A stretch of DNA of 64,000 bases, taken from positions 96,001-160,000 of the forward strand of contig CAVTDB010000026.1 in NCBI GenBank assembly GCA_963733375.1, given 5' to 3'. Shown in pieces: positions 1-12,278 of the stretch. Numbering within the stretch: the stretch's first letter is position 1; each line of letters starts with the position of its first letter. The notes under the pieces were generated by a model. That model saw nothing but the letters and a program-made list of their open reading frames with translations, was not told the DNA's origin and did no database searches. This stretch comes from Nitrospirota bacterium. GTDB taxonomy: Bacteria > Nitrospirota > JACRHJ01. The translations under genes and the position numbers were made by a program.

Positions 1-56
1 CGAATATCATAAGGAAACGATCCAGCCATATTACCCTGGTGCTGGGCGACGAATAG
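1..56 (+). CDS. rplV: 50S ribosomal protein L22, 3' end (partial)
   Basis: Frame from position 3 reads NIIRKRSSHITLVLGDE*, the L22 C-terminal motif; lies directly upstream of rpsC. Confidence 0.9.
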   Translation, partial: NIIRKRSSHITLVLGDE

Positions 57-85
57 GGCGATAAAGAATAATCGGAGGTGAACGT

Positions 86-895
86 TTGGGCCACAAAGTC
101 CATCCAATCGGTTACAGGTTAGGCGTCAACAAGACCTGGAGCTCGAGGTGGTACGCCAAGAAGGAATATGGCGAATACCTGCACGAAGACTTAAAGCTCC
201 GCAAGGTCGTGAAGGCCAAGCTCTATCACGCCGGGGTCGGCAAGATCGACATCGAGCGCGCGGGCAGCAGGATAAAGGTCAACATCCATACCGCCCGCCC
301 CGGAATCATCATTGGCAAAAAAGGCGCCGAGGTGGACAAGCTCAAAAAAGAGCTCGAGGAGCAGACGGGCAAACAGGTCTATATAAATATAATGGAGATA
401 AGGAAGCCCGAGATGGACGCCCAGCTCGTGGCGGAGAATATCGCCCTCCAGCTTGAGCGCAGGATAGCCTTCAGGCGCGCGATGAAGAAGTCGGTCACCT
501 CTTCGCTCCGGTTCGGCGCCCAGGGCATAAAGATAGCCTGCGCCGGCCGCCTGGCGGGAGCCGAGATAGCGCGCTCCGAATGGTACAGGGAGGGCAGGGT
601 GCCCCTTCACACCATAAGGGCGGACATAGACTATGGTTTCGCCGAAGCCAAGACCACTTACGGACAGATAGGTGTCAAGGTCTGGATATACAAAGGCGAC
701 ATCCTGGGCGCAAGCCGCGGTATAAGCGGTCTTAAAGACGATGCGGCCGCAGTGAACGAAAGAAGGCGGCGAAAAATAAAGGGAGCTTTCAATGTTAGCG
801 CCGAAGAAAGTCAAGTACAGAAAAAAGCAAAAAGGCAACATGAACGGGAAGGCCTGGCGGGGCGGCGAGATAAGCTTCGGCGAGTTCGGCCTTAA
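86..895 (+). CDS. rpsC: 30S ribosomal protein S3 (3' end probably extended by an indel; true stop likely near 780-795)
   Basis: [31 protein letters not shown]; TTG start after GGAGG. Confidence 0.97.
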   Translation: MGHKVHPIGYRLGVNKTWSSRWYAKKEYGEYLHEDLKLRKVVKAKLYHAGVGKIDIERAGSRIKVNIHTARPGIIIGKKGAEVDKLKKELEEQTGKQVYINIMEIRKPEMDAQLVAENIALQLERRIAFRRAMKKSVTSSLRFGAQGIKIACAGRLAGAEIARSEWYREGRVPLHTIRADIDYGFAEAKTTYGQIGVKVWIYKGDILGASRGISGLKDDAAAVNERRRRKIKGAFNVSAEESQVQKKAKRQHEREGLAGRRDKLRRVRP

Positions 896-1211
896 GGTCC
901 TCGAGCCGGGGTGGGTGACAAGCGCCCAGATAGAGGCCGCCCGTATCGCCATGACCCGCCACGTGAAGAGGGGCGGCAAGATCTGGATCAGGATTTTTCC
1001 GGATAAGCCGATAACCAAGAAACCCGCCGAGACCAGGATGGGCAAGGGCAAGGGCGCCCCGGAGTACTGGGTTTCGGTCGTGAAGCCGGGCCGTATAATA
1101 TACGAGATGGCAGGGGTGCCGGAAGAAGTGGCAAGGGAGGCGCTCCGGCTTGCCGCGCATAAGCTTCCGCTTGCGACCCGGTTCGTATCCAGGGAAGGAG
1201 GACTGCTGTGA
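792..1211 (+). CDS. rplP: 50S ribosomal protein L16
   Basis: [28 protein letters not shown]. Confidence 0.98.
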   Translation: MLAPKKVKYRKKQKGNMNGKAWRGGEISFGEFGLKVLEPGWVTSAQIEAARIAMTRHVKRGGKIWIRIFPDKPITKKPAETRMGKGKGAPEYWVSVVKPGRIIYEMAGVPEEVAREALRLAAHKLPLATRFVSREGGLL

Positions 1212-1402
1212 AGGCATCCGAGATAAAAGACCTTTCACCGGAGGAGCTTAAATCAAAGCTTTCCGACCTGGACAAGGAGCGTTTCAACCTGCGCTTCCAA
1301 CTGGCGATGGGCGACATTGAGAACCCCATTCGCATCCGGGACGTAAAAAGGGACATCGCGCGGATAAAGACCGTTCTTAAAGAGAAGGAGATTGGGGGCT
1401 AA
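1208..1402 (+). CDS. rpmC: 50S ribosomal protein L29
   Basis: FNLRFQ...[16 protein letters not shown]; S10 operon order. Confidence 0.96.
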   Translation: MKASEIKDLSPEELKSKLSDLDKERFNLRFQLAMGDIENPIRIRDVKRDIARIKTVLKEKEIGG

Positions 1403-1420
1403 CCCCCGGAGGATAAGGCT

Positions 1421-1670
1421 GATGGCCGAAAAGAAGACATTCATTGGTGAAGTCGTAAGCGACAAGATGGACAAGACAGTCGTCGTCAAGGTCACGCGGA
1501 GAGTACCGCACCCGGTCTATAAGAAGATCGTGAGCCGGGTCTCCCGCTTGAAGGCCCATGATGAAAAGAACGAGTGCGCGGTGGGCGACACCGTCAGGGT
1601 GGCCGAGACCAGGCCGCTTTCCAAGGACAAGCGATTCATAGTCCTAGAGGTAATAGAGAAGGCCGGGTAA
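1421..1670 (+). CDS. rpsQ: 30S ribosomal protein S17
   Basis: [27 protein letters not shown]. Confidence 0.97.
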
Positions 1671-1693
1671 GGCCTGAGAGGGAGAGGTTAACC

Positions 1694-2062
1694 ATGGTCC
1701 AGGTCCAGACGATGCTGGATGTTGCGGATAATTCCGGCGCCAAAAAAGTAATGTGCATCAAGGTGCTCGGGGGGACAAGAAAGCGCTACGCCACGGTCGG
1801 GGACATCATCATCGTCGCCGTAAAGGAAGCTATCCCCGAGGGAACCGCCAAGAAGGGCAAAGTGGCCAAAGCGGTGGTTGTGAGGACTTCCAAGGAAGTC
1901 CGCAGAAGCGACGGCTCATACATCAAGTTCGACAAGAACGCCGCAGTCTTAATTAATAACCAGAGGGAGCCCGTTGGCACCCGCATATTCGGCCCCGTCG
2001 CCAGGGAACTGCGTTGGAAGAATTTCATGAAGATAATTTCACTGGCGCCGGAAGTCCTTTAA
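1694..2062 (+). CDS. rplN: 50S ribosomal protein L14
   Basis: [36 protein letters not shown]. Confidence 0.98.
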   Translation: MVQVQTMLDVADNSGAKKVMCIKVLGGTRKRYATVGDIIIVAVKEAIPEGTAKKGKVAKAVVVRTSKEVRRSDGSYIKFDKNAAVLINNQREPVGTRIFGPVARELRWKNFMKIISLAPEVL

Positions 2063-2075
2063 GGGAGTCTACGAG

Positions 2076-2396
2076 ATGGGCGTGAACATAAAGAAAAATG
2101 ATACGGTGATGGTTATCGCCGGCAAGGAAAAGGGCAAGAGCGGAAGGGTTTACCGGGTCATGCCGAAGGACGACCGCCTGTTGGTGGAAAAGCTGAACGT
2201 GGTCAAGAGGCATACGCGCCCGAGCTCAACCAACAGGGAGGGGGGCATAATAGAGAAGGAAGCTCCCCTGCACATTTCCAACGTAATGATCGTCTGTCCC
2301 AAGTGCGGTAAAACCACCAGGGTCTCCCACAGCTTCGAGGGCGAAAAGAAAGTCCGCGTTTGCAAGAAGTGCGGCAGCCCCATGGACAAGGTTTAA
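2076..2396 (+). CDS. rplX: 50S ribosomal protein L24
   Basis: KOW-like [26 protein letters not shown]. Confidence 0.97.
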   Translation: MGVNIKKNDTVMVIAGKEKGKSGRVYRVMPKDDRLLVEKLNVVKRHTRPSSTNREGGIIEKEAPLHISNVMIVCPKCGKTTRVSHSFEGEKKVRVCKKCGSPMDKV

Positions 2397-2413
2397 CGGA
2401 GGGTTTTAGTCAA

Positions 2414-2956
2414 ATGGCGGCAAGGCTCAAGGATAAATACGAAAAAGAGGTACTACCGGTCCTGATGAAGGACTTCGGGTACAAGAACGTCATGCAGGTC
2501 CCCAAGGTATTGAAGGTAGTGGTAAACGTGGGCCTGGGCGAGGCGATACAGAACCCGAAGCTGATGGACGGGGCGGTGAAGGAATTAGGCGACATAACCG
2601 GCCAGAAGGCGGTCGTGAAAAAGGCCAAGAAATCCATCGCCGCGTTCAAGCTCCGCGAAGGGATGGCTGTCGGATGCATGGTCACGCTCCGCCGCGACCG
2701 CATGTGGGAGTTCCTTGACAGGCTCCTGAACGTTGCGCTTCCCCGCATACGCGATTTCAAGGGCGTGTCCGGCAAGGCCTTCGACGGCAGGGGCAACTAC
2801 ACCCTCGGCCTTAAGGAGCAGTTCATATTTCCGGAGATCGACTACGATAAGGTGGAGATGGTCCACGGGATGGATATCGCCATCGTGACCAGCGCAAAGA
2901 CCGACGAGGAGGGCAAGGCGCTCCTCCGCCACATTGGGATGCCTTTCAGAAACTAA
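2414..2956 (+). CDS. rplE: 50S ribosomal protein L5
   Basis: [29 protein letters not shown]. Confidence 0.98.
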   Translation: MAARLKDKYEKEVLPVLMKDFGYKNVMQVPKVLKVVVNVGLGEAIQNPKLMDGAVKELGDITGQKAVVKKAKKSIAAFKLREGMAVGCMVTLRRDRMWEFLDRLLNVALPRIRDFKGVSGKAFDGRGNYTLGLKEQFIFPEIDYDKVEMVHGMDIAIVTSAKTDEEGKALLRHIGMPFRN

Positions 2957-2972
2957 GAGTGAGGGTAAAAAG

Positions 2973-3158
2973 TTGGCAAAGAAATCTCTCATAGCCAAGC
3001 AGAAACTTGAGCCGAAGTTCTCGACCCGCGGATATAACCGCTGCAAGATATGCGGCAGGCCCAGGGGCTTTCTTCGGAAGTTCGAGATGTGCAGGATATG
3101 CTTCCGGGAGCTCTCCTTAAAGGGCGAGATACCGGGAGTAATAAAGGCGAGCTGGTAG
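2973..3158 (+). CDS. rpsN: 30S ribosomal protein S14, zinc-binding short type
   Basis: TTG start; [10 protein letters not shown]...MCRICFRE...PGVIKASW. Confidence 0.96.
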   Translation: MAKKSLIAKQKLEPKFSTRGYNRCKICGRPRGFLRKFEMCRICFRELSLKGEIPGVIKASW

Positions 3159-3254
3159 AGACCCCGGGGGGCTGGGGGCGGCGGGACAACCTGCGCGCCT
3201 GATAACGGCCAATGACGGGTGTCTTATCAAATATCGAAAAAGGAGCAATGGAAG

Positions 3255-3653
3255 ATGGGAATGACGGACCCGATTGCAGACATGCTGACCAGGATCAGAA
3301 ACGCCAACCTGGCGAAACAGGAGAAGGTGGATATACCTTCATCCAACCTGAAACTGGAACTGGCCCGCGTCCTGAAGGAAGAGGGATACATAAAGAACTT
3401 TAAGCTCCTCAAGGACCGCAAGCAGGGGATAGTCCGGGTCTATATGAAATACAGCCCCGAGGAGTTCAGGGTCATCAACGGCCTCAAGAGGGTGAGCCGG
3501 CCCGGGAACCGCGTCTATGTCGGGGCCGAGGACATCCCCCGCGTGATGGGCGGCCTGGGCGTCGCCATAATCTCCACCTCCAGAGGCGTCATGGTAGACC
3601 GGGTATCCAGGCAGAGGAACATCGGCGGCGAGATCATCTGCTACATCTGGTAA
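3255..3653 (+). CDS. rpsH: 30S ribosomal protein S8
   Basis: MTDPIADMLTRIRNA, SRPG, ISTSRG, GGEIIC. Confidence 0.98.
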   Translation: MGMTDPIADMLTRIRNANLAKQEKVDIPSSNLKLELARVLKEEGYIKNFKLLKDRKQGIVRVYMKYSPEEFRVINGLKRVSRPGNRVYVGAEDIPRVMGGLGVAIISTSRGVMVDRVSRQRNIGGEIICYIW

Positions 3654-3790
3654 ACCGGGCAGGGACATGTAACTGCCGGGCAGGAGATAGAGTGCGGCGT
3701 GAACCTACAGGAAGCCGGCCGCAGGCAGCTAAGAATTACTGGTGTTGCCTCTGTACTAAAGAATAATAGCGAATCCGTAAGGAGTAGAAA

Positions 3791-4327
3791 ATGTCCAGGA
3801 TAGGCAAAAAACCGGTGGAGATACCGGCGGGCGTGGAGGTAAAGCTTTCCGGCAACAGCCTCCGCGTGAAAGGCCCTAAAGGCGAGCTCTCCAGAGAGTT
3901 TCACCCGAAGATGGCGATACGCCAGGAGGGGACATCGATCGTGGTGGAGAGGGCTTCCGACCACAGGTTGGACCGTTCGCTCCACGGGCTGACCAGGACC
4001 CTTATAAGCAACATGGTCTCCGGCGTCACCAAGGGTTTCGAGAGGGTGCTGGAGATAAACGGCGTCGGATATAAGGCCGAGGTAAAAGGAAACATCCTCG
4101 TGCTGAACATGGGCTATTCGCATCCCGTCAACTTTGAACTCCCTAAGGGCGTCTCCGCAGCCGTCGAAAAGGCGACCACCATAAAGCTCTCCAGCATAGA
4201 CAAAGAGCTCGTGGGCCAGGTGGCCGCAAACGTCCGTGCGGTGAGGAAGCCGGAGCCTTACAAGGGCAAGGGTATAAAATACGCCGAAGAGACGATACTC
4301 CGCAAGGAAGGGAAAAAGGGTAAATAA
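3791..4327 (+). CDS. rplF: 50S ribosomal protein L6
   Basis: [24 protein letters not shown]. Confidence 0.98.
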   Translation: MSRIGKKPVEIPAGVEVKLSGNSLRVKGPKGELSREFHPKMAIRQEGTSIVVERASDHRLDRSLHGLTRTLISNMVSGVTKGFERVLEINGVGYKAEVKGNILVLNMGYSHPVNFELPKGVSAAVEKATTIKLSSIDKELVGQVAANVRAVRKPEPYKGKGIKYAEETILRKEGKKGK

Positions 4328-4328
4328 C

Positions 4329-4697
4329 ATGGGCTCCACGAACAGCAGGCTCGCCGGAAGGCAAAGAAGGCGGAACAGGATCAGGAAAAAAGTGCATGGC
4401 ACGACGACGCGCCCAAGGCTGAACGTATTCCGGAGCGCCTCGAACATCTATGCGCAGGTTATAGACGACATGAACGGCGTCACGATAACCGCCGCGTCCA
4501 CGCTGGACAAGGACGTAAAAGACGGCCTTAAGTCCAGCGGCAACATCGACGCCGCGAAGAAGGTCGGGGCCGCCGTGGCGAAGAAGGCCATCGAGAAGGG
4601 CGTCAAGGACGTCGTGTTCGACAGGGGCGGCTACATATTTCACGGCAGGATTAAAGCCTTGGCCGACGCGGCGCGTGAAGCCGGTCTGAATTTCTGA
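4329..4697 (+). CDS. rplR: 50S ribosomal protein L18
   Basis: [22 protein letters not shown]. Confidence 0.97.
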   Translation: MGSTNSRLAGRQRRRNRIRKKVHGTTTRPRLNVFRSASNIYAQVIDDMNGVTITAASTLDKDVKDGLKSSGNIDAAKKVGAAVAKKAIEKGVKDVVFDRGGYIFHGRIKALADAAREAGLNF

Positions 4698-4710
4698 AGG
4701 AGGAATTTAA

Positions 4711-5211
4711 TTGGATAAGTACGATGCCGAGGGCTCGGCTTTAAAGGACAAAGTCATCCACATAAACAGGGTGGCCAAAGTCGTCAAGGGCGGCCGGAGG
4801 TTCTCCTTTTCGGCGCTGGTCGTCGTCGGTGACGGCGCGGGCAGTGTCGGGATAGGCAAGGGGAAAGCCGTCGAAGTGCCGGTCGCGATACAGAAGGCGG
4901 TCGAGCGCGCAAAGAAGAGCATGGTAAAGATGGCGCTCAAGGAGACGACCATACCGCATGCGATACTGGGACATTTCGGTTCGGCTCAGGTCCTGCTGAA
5001 ACCTGCCTCTCCCGGTACAGGTCTTATCGCGGGCGGAGCGGTCCGTGCGATACTCGAGGTCGCGGGCATTCATAACATACTCTCCAAGTCCCTTGGCAGT
5101 TCCAATCCTCACAACGTGGCGAGGGCCACTCTTGAAGGACTGAAGCAGTTAAGGAGCGTGGAACAGGTCGCCAAGCTCCGCGGCAAGACCGTGGAAGAGA
5201 TAGCGTCTTAA
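4711..5211 (+). CDS. rpsE: 30S ribosomal protein S5
   Basis: [31 protein letters not shown]. Confidence 0.98.
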   Translation: MDKYDAEGSALKDKVIHINRVAKVVKGGRRFSFSALVVVGDGAGSVGIGKGKAVEVPVAIQKAVERAKKSMVKMALKETTIPHAILGHFGSAQVLLKPASPGTGLIAGGAVRAILEVAGIHNILSKSLGSSNPHNVARATLEGLKQLRSVEQVAKLRGKTVEEIAS

Positions 5212-5271
5212 AGGGCAGCGAGTAGAAGCGGATAAGCGCGGCGTTTTAAAGCAGAGAGTCAGGAGGCCATG

Positions 5272-5461
5272 ATGGCTGGAAACATAAAGGTTAAATTGAC
5301 GAGGAGCCCGATAGGCCACCCGGAGAAGCACAGGAAGGTCCTGGTCGGACTTGGGGCTCACGAAAGTGAACAGCGTGGTGGTAAGGCAGGACACGCCCCA
5401 GATACGCGGGATGATAAACAAGGTCTCGCACATGGTTACAGTAATGGAAGAGGGGATCTGA
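5272..5461 (+). CDS. rpmD: 50S ribosomal protein L30 (extra G in the GGGG run near 5353, probable assembly error)
   Basis: [11 protein letters not shown]...LVGLG then, after a frame change, [27 protein letters not shown]; TGA overlaps the rplO ATG. Confidence 0.93.
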
Positions 5462-5907
5462 TGAAGATAGAAGAGCTGGCCCCAAATCCGGGGGCGAGAA
5501 AGAACAGGAAGAGGGTAGGCAGGGGCGCGGGTTCCGGCCACGGAAAGACCGCCACCAGAGGCGAAAAGGGACAGAAGTCCCGCGCCGGCGGCGCGAAAGG
5601 TCCTGGCTTCGAGGGCGGGCAGATGCCCCTTATCCGAAGAATACCGAAGCGCGGATTCACCAATATCTTCCGTAAGGAATACGCCCTGGTGAACCTCCGC
5701 GACATCGCGAATCTCGAGGGCGTGGACGTGATAGGCCCGGAGGCGCTTTTCGACCAGGGCATAATAAAGAAGCTCGGCGACGGGATAAAAGTCCTGGCCC
5801 ACGGCGAACTGACAAAGGCCGTGACCGTGCAGGCCCATAAATTTTCCAAGAGCGCCGTCCAGAAGATTGAAGCTGCCGGCGGACGGGCAGAGGTAATACA
5901 GCTTTGA
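5461..5907 (+). CDS. rplO: 50S ribosomal protein L15
   Basis: [29 protein letters not shown]. Confidence 0.97.
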   Translation: MKIEELAPNPGARKNRKRVGRGAGSGHGKTATRGEKGQKSRAGGAKGPGFEGGQMPLIRRIPKRGFTNIFRKEYALVNLRDIANLEGVDVIGPEALFDQGIIKKLGDGIKVLAHGELTKAVTVQAHKFSKSAVQKIEAAGGRAEVIQL

Positions 5908-7201
5908 TAGAAAGCTTCAAAAATGTCTTCAAGATACCGGAGCTGAAGAAGCGCATCGTCTTCACCCTTGCGCTCCTCGTGGTATACAGGATAGGCGGGC
6001 ACATCCCCACTCCGGGCATCAACGGCGAAGAGCTCTCCAAGTTCCTGCACGCGAACGCGGGCGCCTTGATGGGCTTTTTCGACATGTTCTCCGGCGGGGC
6101 CCTGTCAAGGGTGACGATCTTCGCGCTGGGCATAATGCCTTACATCAGCGCCTCGATCATCCTCCAGCTCCTCACCGTGGTCTTCCCGTATCTGGCCCAG
6201 CTCCAGAAGGAAGGGGAGCGGGGCAGGAAGAAGATCACCCAGTACACCCGCTACGGGACGGTCGGTATCTCCCTGGTGCAGTCGTTTATGATAGCGATAG
6301 GCCTGGAGGGGATGCAGGGCGGCGCGTTCATAGCGAATCCCGGCTGGGGCTTCCGGATAATGACCATGATTACGCTCACCTGCGGCACGTCGTTTATCAT
6401 GTGGCTGGGCGAGCAGATAACCGAGAGGGGCATCGGCAACGGAATATCGCTCATAATATTCGGGGGCATAGTCGCCAGGTTCCCCAACGCAATCATCGAT
6501 ACCTACAGGCTGTTCCGCGCCGACGAGCTCTCGCTCTTCACCGTGCTTATCATGGTCATTATAATGATAGCGGTCATCGGGGCGATAATATACATGGAGC
6601 GAGGCCAGCGGAGAATACCGGTACAATACGCCAAAAGGGTGGTTGGGTCCAGCGTGAGCGGCGGACAGAACACGCACATGCCGCTGAAGCTCAATACCGC
6701 CGGGGTTATCCCGCCGATATTCGCCTCATCCATACTGATGTTCCCGGCGACGCTGGCGGGCTTTTCCGACGCGGCTGGGTGGCCTCGATAAAAGAGCAGC
6801 TAAGCCGCGGGGCGCTGCTTTATACCGTGCTGTACGTCGGGATGATCGTATTCTTCGCCTTCTTCTACACGGCGGTCGTGTTCAACCCGGTTGACGTTGC
6901 GGACAACATGAAGAAGTACGGCGGGTTCATACCCGGGATAAGGCCGGGCAAGAACACGTCCGACTATATATACAAGGTGCTGAACAGGGTGACCTTCGGC
7001 GGAGCTATTTACCTCTCCGCGGTCTGCGTTCTGCCGGACATATTCTACAGGGCTTTTCACATAAGCTTCTATTTTGGCGGGACTTCTTTATTAATAGTGG
7101 TCGGGGTCGCCCTTGACACCGTTAGCCAGATTGAAACCCATTTAATCACCCGCCATTATGAGGGTTTCATGAAGGGCGTTCGCATCAAGGGAAGGAGATA
7201 A
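5904..7201 (+). CDS. secY: Preprotein translocase SecY (frameshift near 6775)
   Basis: [34 protein letters not shown]; second frame has FIPGIRPG and [12 protein letters not shown]. Confidence 0.97.
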
Positions 7202-7206
7202 CCATT

Positions 7207-7851
7207 ATGAGACTGATATTATTAGGCCCTCCGGGGGCAGGAAAAGGCACGCAGGCGAAAGACCTGGTACAGAAATATGGAATACCCCAGATATCGACCG
7301 GAGACATCCTCAGGAAGAATCTGGCGGATAAGACCCCGCTTGGGTTGGAAGCGAAAAAGTTCATGGACAAGGGCGAGCTCGTTCCGGATTCCGTGGTTGT
7401 GGGAATTGTGAAGGAGCGCCTGAAGGAAGATGACTGCAAGAAGGGCTATATCCTTGACGGCTTCCCCAGGACGGTCCCGCAGGCCGAGGCGCTTGACGCC
7501 GCGCTCGCGGATATGAAGACGCCCATAGACAAGGTGCTCTCTATCGAGGTGCCCGATTCCGAGCTGGTAAAAAGGCTTGGAGGACGCAGGACCTGCCGCA
7601 ATTGCCAGGCGGGCTATCATGTCGCTTTCAAGCCCTCGAAGAAGGAAGGCGTCTGCGACTCCTGCGGCGGCGAGCTCTACCAGAGGGACGACGACAAGGA
7701 AGAGGCGATAACGAACCGCCTGAAGGTGTATCAGGCCTCGACCTCGCCGCTTATTAATTATTACAAGGCCAAAGGCCTGCTTGCGGCGGTTGACGGCGTG
7801 GGCGGGATGAAAGATATCCTGGACAGGATGGTCCGGGCCCTCGAAGGATAG
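7207..7851 (+). CDS. adk: Adenylate kinase with Zn-lid
   Basis: GPPGAGKGTQ, LDGFPRT, CxxC...CxxC lid, QRDDD. Confidence 0.97.
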   Translation: MRLILLGPPGAGKGTQAKDLVQKYGIPQISTGDILRKNLADKTPLGLEAKKFMDKGELVPDSVVVGIVKERLKEDDCKKGYILDGFPRTVPQAEALDAALADMKTPIDKVLSIEVPDSELVKRLGGRRTCRNCQAGYHVAFKPSKKEGVCDSCGGELYQRDDDKEEAITNRLKVYQASTSPLINYYKAKGLLAAVDGVGGMKDILDRMVRALEG

Positions 7852-7853
7852 AC

Positions 7854-8601
7854 GTGATTATCCTGAAGTCTCCTTCCGAGGTGGAGAAGATGCGGGCGGC
7901 CTGCCGGATAGTGGCCGGGGCGCTTGCGGGGCTTCGGGAGATTATTACGCCCGGCATCACCACGGACAAGCTGGACTCCTTCGCCGAGGATTATATAAAA
8001 AAGCACGGCGGAAAGCCGGCATTCAAAGGCTACCTGGGATATCCCAAGAGCCTCTGCGCCTCCATAAACGAGGTGGTGGTGCATGGGATTCCGTCTGAGC
8101 CGGGCTCTTAAAGAAGGGGATATAATCGGACTGGACCTGGGGGCGGTGGTCGACGGGTATTTCGGAGACGCCGCCATAACAGTGCCGGTGGGCGAGATAT
8201 CGCCCGAGCTTAGAAAACTCATGGAAGTGACGGAGCAGTCGCTTTACAAGGGTATAGAAAAAGCTCTTCCCGGCAACCGCGTCTCGGACATCTCCTTTGC
8301 TGTCCAGAGCTTCGCCGAGTCCTTCGGGTATTCGGTAGTGCGCGAGTTTGTCGGGCACGGCATCGGCAGGGCTCTTCACGAAGAGCCGCAAGTTCCGAAC
8401 TTCGGCCCTCCGGGGCAGGGACCCAGGCTTAAGGCCGGCGCGACGCTGGCGATCGAGCCGATGATAAATATGGGGAAGTCCGGCACGGTGGTCATGAAAG
8501 ACGGCTGGACCGCCGTAACGATTGACGGGATGCCTTCGGCTCATTTCGAGCATACGATAGCGGTTACCGAAGACGGGCCGGTAATATTGACAGTGGCATA
8601 A
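7854..8601 (+). CDS. map: Methionine aminopeptidase type I (frameshift near 8090)
   Basis: [32 protein letters not shown]. Confidence 0.96.
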
Positions 8602-8609
8602 AGGAACCT

Positions 8610-8828
8610 ATGGCCAAGGAAGACGCGATTGAAGTACAGGGAAAAATCCTGGAGACCCTGCCGAATGCGATGTTCCGGGTGGAACTCGACAACAAGCACG
8701 TCGTACTCGCGCACATTTCCGGAAAAATGAGGATGCACTTTATCAAGATACTCCCAGGGGACAGGGTTACCGTAGAGCTTTCCCCGTATGACTTGACCAG
8801 GGGCAGGATAACGTACAGGTTCAAATAA
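8610..8828 (+). CDS. infA: Translation initiation factor IF-1
   Basis: [28 protein letters not shown]. Confidence 0.98.
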   Translation: MAKEDAIEVQGKILETLPNAMFRVELDNKHVVLAHISGKMRMHFIKILPGDRVTVELSPYDLTRGRITYRFK

Positions 8829-8840
8829 GAGGGTTCAATC

Positions 8841-8954
8841 ATGAAAGTTCGTTCATCGGTAAAAAAGATCTGCGACAAGTGCAAGATCATAAAAAGGAAG
8901 GGCACCGTCCGGGTCATCTGCGTGAACCCGAGACACAAACAGCGGCAGGGTTAA
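8841..8954 (+). CDS. rpmJ: 50S ribosomal protein L36
   Basis: Read manually (below ORF-track cutoff): [37 protein letters not shown]. Confidence 0.97.
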   Translation: MKVRSSVKKICDKCKIIKRKGTVRVICVNPRHKQRQG

Positions 8955-8976
8955 TCCCCGGCCCAAGGAGGAAGCA

Positions 8977-9354
8977 TTGGCAAGGATTGCAGGCGTAGAC
9001 CTACCAAGAGAGAAAAGGATTGAGATAGGCCTTACCTATATCTTCGGGATAGGACGCGCCTCTTCGCAGAAGATTCTGGCGGAGGCGGGGGTCAGCCCGG
9101 ACACGAGGGTTAAGGACCTCACCGATGCAGAGGTTAACCGCCTCAGGGAAGTCATCGACAGGTCCTTCAAGGTGGAAGGCGACCTCCGTCGGGACCGCAC
9201 CATGGCCATCAAAAGGCTCATGGACATCGGCTGCTACAGGGGACTGCGCCACAGGCGGGGGATGCCCGTCAGGGGCCAGAGGACCAAGACGAACGCGCGC
9301 ACCCGCAAGGGGCCGAAACGCACCGTCGCTGGCAAGAAAAAGGCCGTTAAGTAA
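8977..9354 (+). CDS. rpsM: 30S ribosomal protein S13
   Basis: [32 protein letters not shown]. Confidence 0.98.
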   Translation: MARIAGVDLPREKRIEIGLTYIFGIGRASSQKILAEAGVSPDTRVKDLTDAEVNRLREVIDRSFKVEGDLRRDRTMAIKRLMDIGCYRGLRHRRGMPVRGQRTKTNARTRKGPKRTVAGKKKAVK

Positions 9355-9448
9355 AATCCGTTAAGGCCGGACGGTTAAAAGTTTTTGGCGTTACCTTTTT
9401 ACTAAAAAGGTGACGGTTTAAAGGTTAAGTAAAAATTACGGAGGTAAA

Positions 9449-9838
9449 ATGGCTGGACCGAAGAGAAGTGGTCCGAAGAAGGAGAAGAAGAACATCCCGA
9501 CCGGGGTGGCTCATATCACTGCCTCCTTCAACAACACTATCGTGACCATAACCGACCAGAACGGCAACGTCGTATGCTGGTCGAGCGCGGGCAACCAGGG
9601 TTTCAAAGGCTCCAGGAAGAGCACCCCTTTTGCCGCCCAGATGGCCTCGGAAAACGCCGGCAAAAAGGCGATGGACCAGGGCATGAGGATCGTCGAAGTC
9701 TGGGTGAAGGGGCCGGGTTCCGGCCGGGAATCAGCTATACGGGCCCTTCAGTCCGCGGGGCTGGATATTTCGGCGATACGGGACGTGACGCCGATACCGC
9801 ACAACGGGTGCCGACCGCCCAAAAGGCGAAGGGTTTAA
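9449..9838 (+). CDS. rpsK: 30S ribosomal protein S11
   Basis: [33 protein letters not shown]. Confidence 0.98.
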   Translation: MAGPKRSGPKKEKKNIPTGVAHITASFNNTIVTITDQNGNVVCWSSAGNQGFKGSRKSTPFAAQMASENAGKKAMDQGMRIVEVWVKGPGSGRESAIRALQSAGLDISAIRDVTPIPHNGCRPPKRRRV

Positions 9839-9924
9839 CATAATTTCGGGGGCGGCATACAAGCCGGCCCCTGCAAAAAATCGTAGTGGAGGACCCTCGT
9901 GTCCTCCCGCACAGGAGGAAAACC

Positions 9925-10552
9925 TTGGCAAGATATACCGGTCCTGTCTGCAGACAGTGCAGGAGAGAGACCATCAAGCTCTTTTTAAAAGGAGACCGCT
10001 GCTTCACCGAGAAATGCTCGGTCGAGCGCAGGACGTACGCCCCCGGCCAGCATGGCCAGGGCCGGGCGAAGGTCTCGGACTATGGCGTGCAGCTCCGCGA
10101 GAAGCAGAAAGTCCGCCGTATTTACGGCGTCCTGGAACAGCAGTTCAGGGGCTACTACGTCAAGGCCGCCCGCATGAAGGGCGTGACCGGCGAGAACCTG
10201 CTGCAGCTCCTTGAGAGAAGGCTGGATAACGTCATATTCAGGCTCGGCTTCGGCGCCTCCCGCAAGGAAGCGAGGATCATGGTTTCCCACGGGCATTTCG
10301 CGATCAACGGCAAGAGGGTGAACATCCCCTCCTATATCGTGAGGGCCGGGGACGAGGTCGCGCTCAGGGAGAAGAGCAAGAGCGGCTGCAGGTTCCAGGA
10401 GTTGGCTACGGCGATGGACAGAAAAGGCCTGCCGGGCTGGCTGGAGCTGGACAAGCAGAACCTGAAAGGCAAAAGTGCTGTCCATGCCCTCGAGAGAGGA
10501 CATCGCACTGCCGATAAATGAGAACCTCATAGTCGAGCTTTACTCGAAATAA
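9925..10552 (+). CDS. rpsD: 30S ribosomal protein S4 (indels in the 3' part)
   Basis: TTG start [28 protein letters not shown]; final frame ends [12 protein letters not shown]. Confidence 0.96.
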
Positions 10553-10628
10553 AGAAGGACAGGTTAGGGGCAATAAGGCTCCCGGCCTCCTTTTAGAGTT
10601 TTAAAGAGAAACCGACAAGGAGAGGTTA

Positions 10629-11639
10629 ATGACAATGAAGCTAAAGGGATTCCAGATCCCCAAAAAGCTGGAGTTCGAGGCGGACTCGCTTACGAACACC
10701 TACGGCAAGTTCAGCGCGGAACCGTTCGAGCGGGGCTTCGGCACCACCATCGGAAATTCGCTCCGGAGGGTGCTGCTCTCCTCGCTGGAGGGCGCGGCCG
10801 TTACTTCCATCAGGATAGAGGGCGTGCTGCACGAGTTCTCTTCTATCCCGGGGGTGGTCGAGGACGTTACGGATATAATACTGAATATAAAGAAACTCCG
10901 TTTCAAGATGCATACCGACAAGCCGAAGACCATCAGCATCGACGTCGAAGGCCCCGGCGCGGTTTACGGCTCGCATATTGACACGGACGCGGATATCGAG
11001 GTCTTGACGCCGGACCTCCTGATAGCGACGCTGGATAAGGACGCCCGCTTCACTATCGAGATGACCGTGAAGAAGGGCAGGGGCTATGTCCCCTCCGAGA
11101 GGAACAAAGAGCCGGACATGCCGATTGGCGTAATCCCGGTGGACTCCATCTTTTCGCCTATCCAGAGGGTCAACTACTGGGTGGAGAGCGCACGCGTCGG
11201 CCAGGAAACCGATTACGACAAGCTGATAATGGAAGTGATGACTGATGGGAGCGTCCGGCCGGACGACGCCGTCGCCTATGCCGCGAAGATACTCAAGGAC
11301 CACCTGGGCATCTTCATCAACTTCGAGGAAGAGGGCGAGATAATAGAGGCGGAGGCAGAGGAGGTGGAGGACAAGTTCAACGAGAACCTGCTCAGAAGCG
11401 TTAACGAGCTGGAACTCTCCGTCCGTTCCGCGAACTGCCTTAAGAACGCGAACATAAAGACGATTGCGGACCTGGTCCAGAAGTCCGAGGGCGAGATGCT
11501 GAAGACCAAGAACTTCGGCAGGAAGTCCTTAAACGAAATAAAGGAGATCCTCACGGAGATGGGGCTTTCCTTCGGCATGAAAATAGACAACGAGAAACTC
11601 AAGGCGTACGAAAAGTCGCTGCAGAAAACCGGCGTATAA
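10629..11639 (+). CDS. rpoA: RNA polymerase alpha subunit
   Basis: [42 protein letters not shown]. Confidence 0.98.
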   Translation: MTMKLKGFQIPKKLEFEADSLTNTYGKFSAEPFERGFGTTIGNSLRRVLLSSLEGAAVTSIRIEGVLHEFSSIPGVVEDVTDIILNIKKLRFKMHTDKPKTISIDVEGPGAVYGSHIDTDADIEVLTPDLLIATLDKDARFTIEMTVKKGRGYVPSERNKEPDMPIGVIPVDSIFSPIQRVNYWVESARVGQETDYDKLIMEVMTDGSVRPDDAVAYAAKILKDHLGIFINFEEEGEIIEAEAEEVEDKFNENLLRSVNELELSVRSANCLKNANIKTIADLVQKSEGEMLKTKNFGRKSLNEIKEILTEMGLSFGMKIDNEKLKAYEKSLQKTGV

Positions 11640-11659
11640 AAGGGAAGGGATAATATCTC

Positions 11660-12259
11660 ATGCGACACAGGCTTGCGGGTAGACAGTTCGGAAGGAATTC
11701 GAGCCACAGGAAGGCTCTTTTCAGAAATCTCGTGACTTCGCTGCTCGAGCACGGGCATATCGAGACGACCGAGGCGAAGGCCAAGGAACTCCAGGGCATC
11801 GCCGACAAGATGATCACGCTGGGCAAGAAGGGCGACCTCTCCGCGAAGAGGATGGCGCTCTCCTATATCATGAGCAGGGATGTGGTCGCCAAGCTGTTCG
11901 ACGAGATAGCGCCGCGCTCGGCCGACCGTGCCGGCGGGTACACCAGGGTCATGAAAACCCGCGTGCGCCTGGGCGACTCCGCCCCGATGGCGATAATCGA
12001 GCTGGTGGACAAAGAAGGCGCCCCCGCCCCGAAGCCGAAGCCTAAGAAAGAAGCCCCGAAAGCCGCACCGGCCCCGGCAGAAGTATCCACCGCGGAGAAG
12101 CCGAAGAAGGCCAACAAGGCGGAGGCCGCCCCGGCCACGGAGGCCGCGCCAGCCGCGGAAGCCGCACCGGCAGAGGTCGTAAGCGCCGAAACCGTAGAGA
12201 AGGCGGAGACCGAGACCCCGGCCCCGGAAGCGGCTGAAGAGAAGAAAGCCGAAGAATAA
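11660..12259 (+). CDS. rplQ: 50S ribosomal protein L17 with an Ala/Glu/Pro/Lys-rich C-terminal extension
   Basis: MRHR...[32 protein letters not shown]. Confidence 0.97.
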   Translation: MRHRLAGRQFGRNSSHRKALFRNLVTSLLEHGHIETTEAKAKELQGIADKMITLGKKGDLSAKRMALSYIMSRDVVAKLFDEIAPRSADRAGGYTRVMKTRVRLGDSAPMAIIELVDKEGAPAPKPKPKKEAPKAAPAPAEVSTAEKPKKANKAEAAPATEAAPAAEAAPAEVVSAETVEKAETETPAPEAAEEKKAEE

Positions 12260-12278
12260 ATCAGACAGCAGAAAAATC

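Noticed and set aside
5269-5907. Apparent L30-L15 fusion ORF (212 aa)
   Set aside because: One extra G near 5353 explains it; the corrected L30 ends at a TGA overlapping the rplO ATG
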